In this document: piece after piece, positions 34,458 to 35,695 of the stretch | How positions within the stretch are numbered: position 1 is the first letter of the stretch | Layout: each line of letters starts with the position of its first letter | Virus record (IMG/VR): IMGVR_UViG_3300044512_002385 | Location: 1-35,695 of that record | Reading direction: 5' to 3' (one strand) | Length of the DNA stretch: 35,695 nucleotides | Origin: a virus | Taxonomy: Duplodnaviria > Caudoviricetes | Notes under the pieces: generated by a model | Seen by the model: the letters and a program-made list of their open reading frames with translations, nothing else | Databases searched by the model: none | What the model was told of the DNA's origin: nothing | Program-made: the position numbers and the translations under genes

Positions 34458-35110
34458 TGAGTGAACCGACTGGATTTGGATATGGCACTTGGGGCTCGGG
34501 AAGATGGGGACAATGGTCCTACCTCGATGGATCGGCAACCGCCGCTGCATTGTCGTCTTTCTCATCGAGCGCCGTTCGAATCCAGCAAGGGTCAGCAACC
34601 GCAGCAGCGAACTCGACCTTTACCTCAGCCGGGCAACGAATACACCAAGGCTCCGCAACCGCATCAGCAAACAGTTCGTTTTCCGCTAGCGCGGGGCGCA
34701 TACAAAGCGGTGCGGCGACGATTGCAGCAAGCAGTGGATGTACTGCTGTGGGACTACGAGTTCGCGCAGCGTCCGCTAGTGTTTCGGCTCAATCAAGCAG
34801 CCAGGCGTCTGGGCTCATCGTTGCGGTCGGATCTGCAACTATTGCAGCAGCGTCTGCGTTCACCGCTAACGCGGGAAAAGTTTTTTACGGCATTGCGACT
34901 ATCGAAGTTGTTGCTAGCTTTAGCGCTAATGGCCGCAGGAAGTGGCGCCCGGAAAGCAACGCAACAACTTCGTGGACTGATCAATCGTTTGCGGATGTAT
35001 CTTGGGCGAGCGAATCGAACGCATCAACTTCGTGGACCGATCAATCGTCTGCGAGCGATACCTGGACATCTCAAACAAACGCTTCAACGACTTGGCAAGA
35101 AGCAGCGTAA
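34457..35110 (+). CDS. Ala/Ser-rich repetitive structural protein
   Basis: About seven 20-aa GSAT... repeats, then Trp every 10 residues. Confidence 0.75.
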   Translation: MSEPTGFGYGTWGSGRWGQWSYLDGSATAAALSSFSSSAVRIQQGSATAAANSTFTSAGQRIHQGSATASANSSFSASAGRIQSGAATIAASSGCTAVGLRVRAASASVSAQSSSQASGLIVAVGSATIAAASAFTANAGKVFYGIATIEVVASFSANGRRKWRPESNATTSWTDQSFADVSWASESNASTSWTDQSSASDTWTSQTNASTTWQEAA

Positions 35111-35122
35111 GGACTACTAAAT

Positions 35123-35695
35123 ATGGCATCAACCTACTCAAATTCCCTCCGCTTGGAACTGATCGCCACTGGCGAGGCTGCCGCGACTTGGGGCGACAAA
35201 ACAAACACCAACTTAACCAACATTGCAGCAGCGTTTGGCTACGCTACTCAGGATGGTTTTGCAGCTAACGCAGACTCTACTACCACTGTCGCTGATGGTG
35301 CTGCCGACCCTGCGCGGGCCATGTATTTTAAAGTTACATCGTCAGCCACGTTGACCGCGACTCGGACGCTTACTATTGCGCCGAACACGATTAGTCGAGT
35401 GATGTGGATTGAGAATGCAACCACCGGCGGACAATCGATTCAGATCAGCCAGGGCACTGGCGCAAATGTCACAATCGCAGCGGGTAAGACGGCAGTCGTT
35501 TATCTCGATGGCGCAGGCAGCGGAGCTGCGGTAGTCGATGCGATGGCCGGCGTAAGCTCTGGAGCTTCAGACACGCTGGCCGAGATTCTTGCTGCGGGTA
35601 ACGCTACCGGCGGCACCGATATAGCTGTCGGCACTGGCGACGACATTACGTTTGCTGATAACGCGAAAGCAGTATTCGGTGCTGGCTCTGACCTA
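35123..35695 (+). CDS. Tail fibre, N-terminal part (3'-truncated)
   Basis: Not in the ORF track because there is no stop. MASTYSNSLRLELIATGEAAATWGDKTNTNL..., open to the window end. Confidence 0.85.
   Translation, partial: MASTYSNSLRLELIATGEAAATWGDKTNTNLTNIAAAFGYATQDGFAANADSTTTVADGAADPARAMYFKVTSSATLTATRTLTIAPNTISRVMWIENATTGGQSIQISQGTGANVTIAAGKTAVVYLDGAGSGAAVVDAMAGVSSGASDTLAEILAAGNATGGTDIAVGTGDDITFADNAKAVFGAGSDL

Noticed and set aside
34461-35120. 219-codon overlapping +1 frame ORF
   Set aside because: It is the expected shadow of Ala/Ser-rich repetitive codons, has no distinct RBS, and no slippery site was seen.

Overview
The window looks like a nearly complete genome of a temperate, podovirus-type (P22-like portal and ejection-protein architecture) tailed phage, probably of a marine proteobacterium. 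It is broken inside the tail-fibre gene, whose N-terminus is at 35123-35695 and whose C-terminus is at 1-1163. Gene order: tail fibre, ParB-like insert and lysis genes (1-3690); tail and ejection proteins (3691-12139); attP carrying a tRNA 3' end, tyrosine integrase and Xis (12138-13582); leftward recombination and nucleotide module (13567-17220); CI/Cro switch (17300-18484); primase-helicase, HNH gene and iteron origin (18477-21070); endonuclease and terS (21169-22301); a 2.6 kb block between terS and terL with an inverted operon of basic mini-proteins, a hairpin-punctuated small-gene array and a serine recombinase; then terL, a 737-aa unknown protein with an antisense ORF, portal, scaffold, capsid and tail genes. 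The strongest unannotated signals are a 29-bp motif (TWRYGCATCAA-N12-NANNAT) in front of four late gene blocks, a 19-bp operator shared by three distant promoter regions, a complete attP layout, and a roughly 350-residue 11-aa-repeat Gln/Asn region in an ejection protein. All family assignments come from motif recognition by eye; no searches were run.
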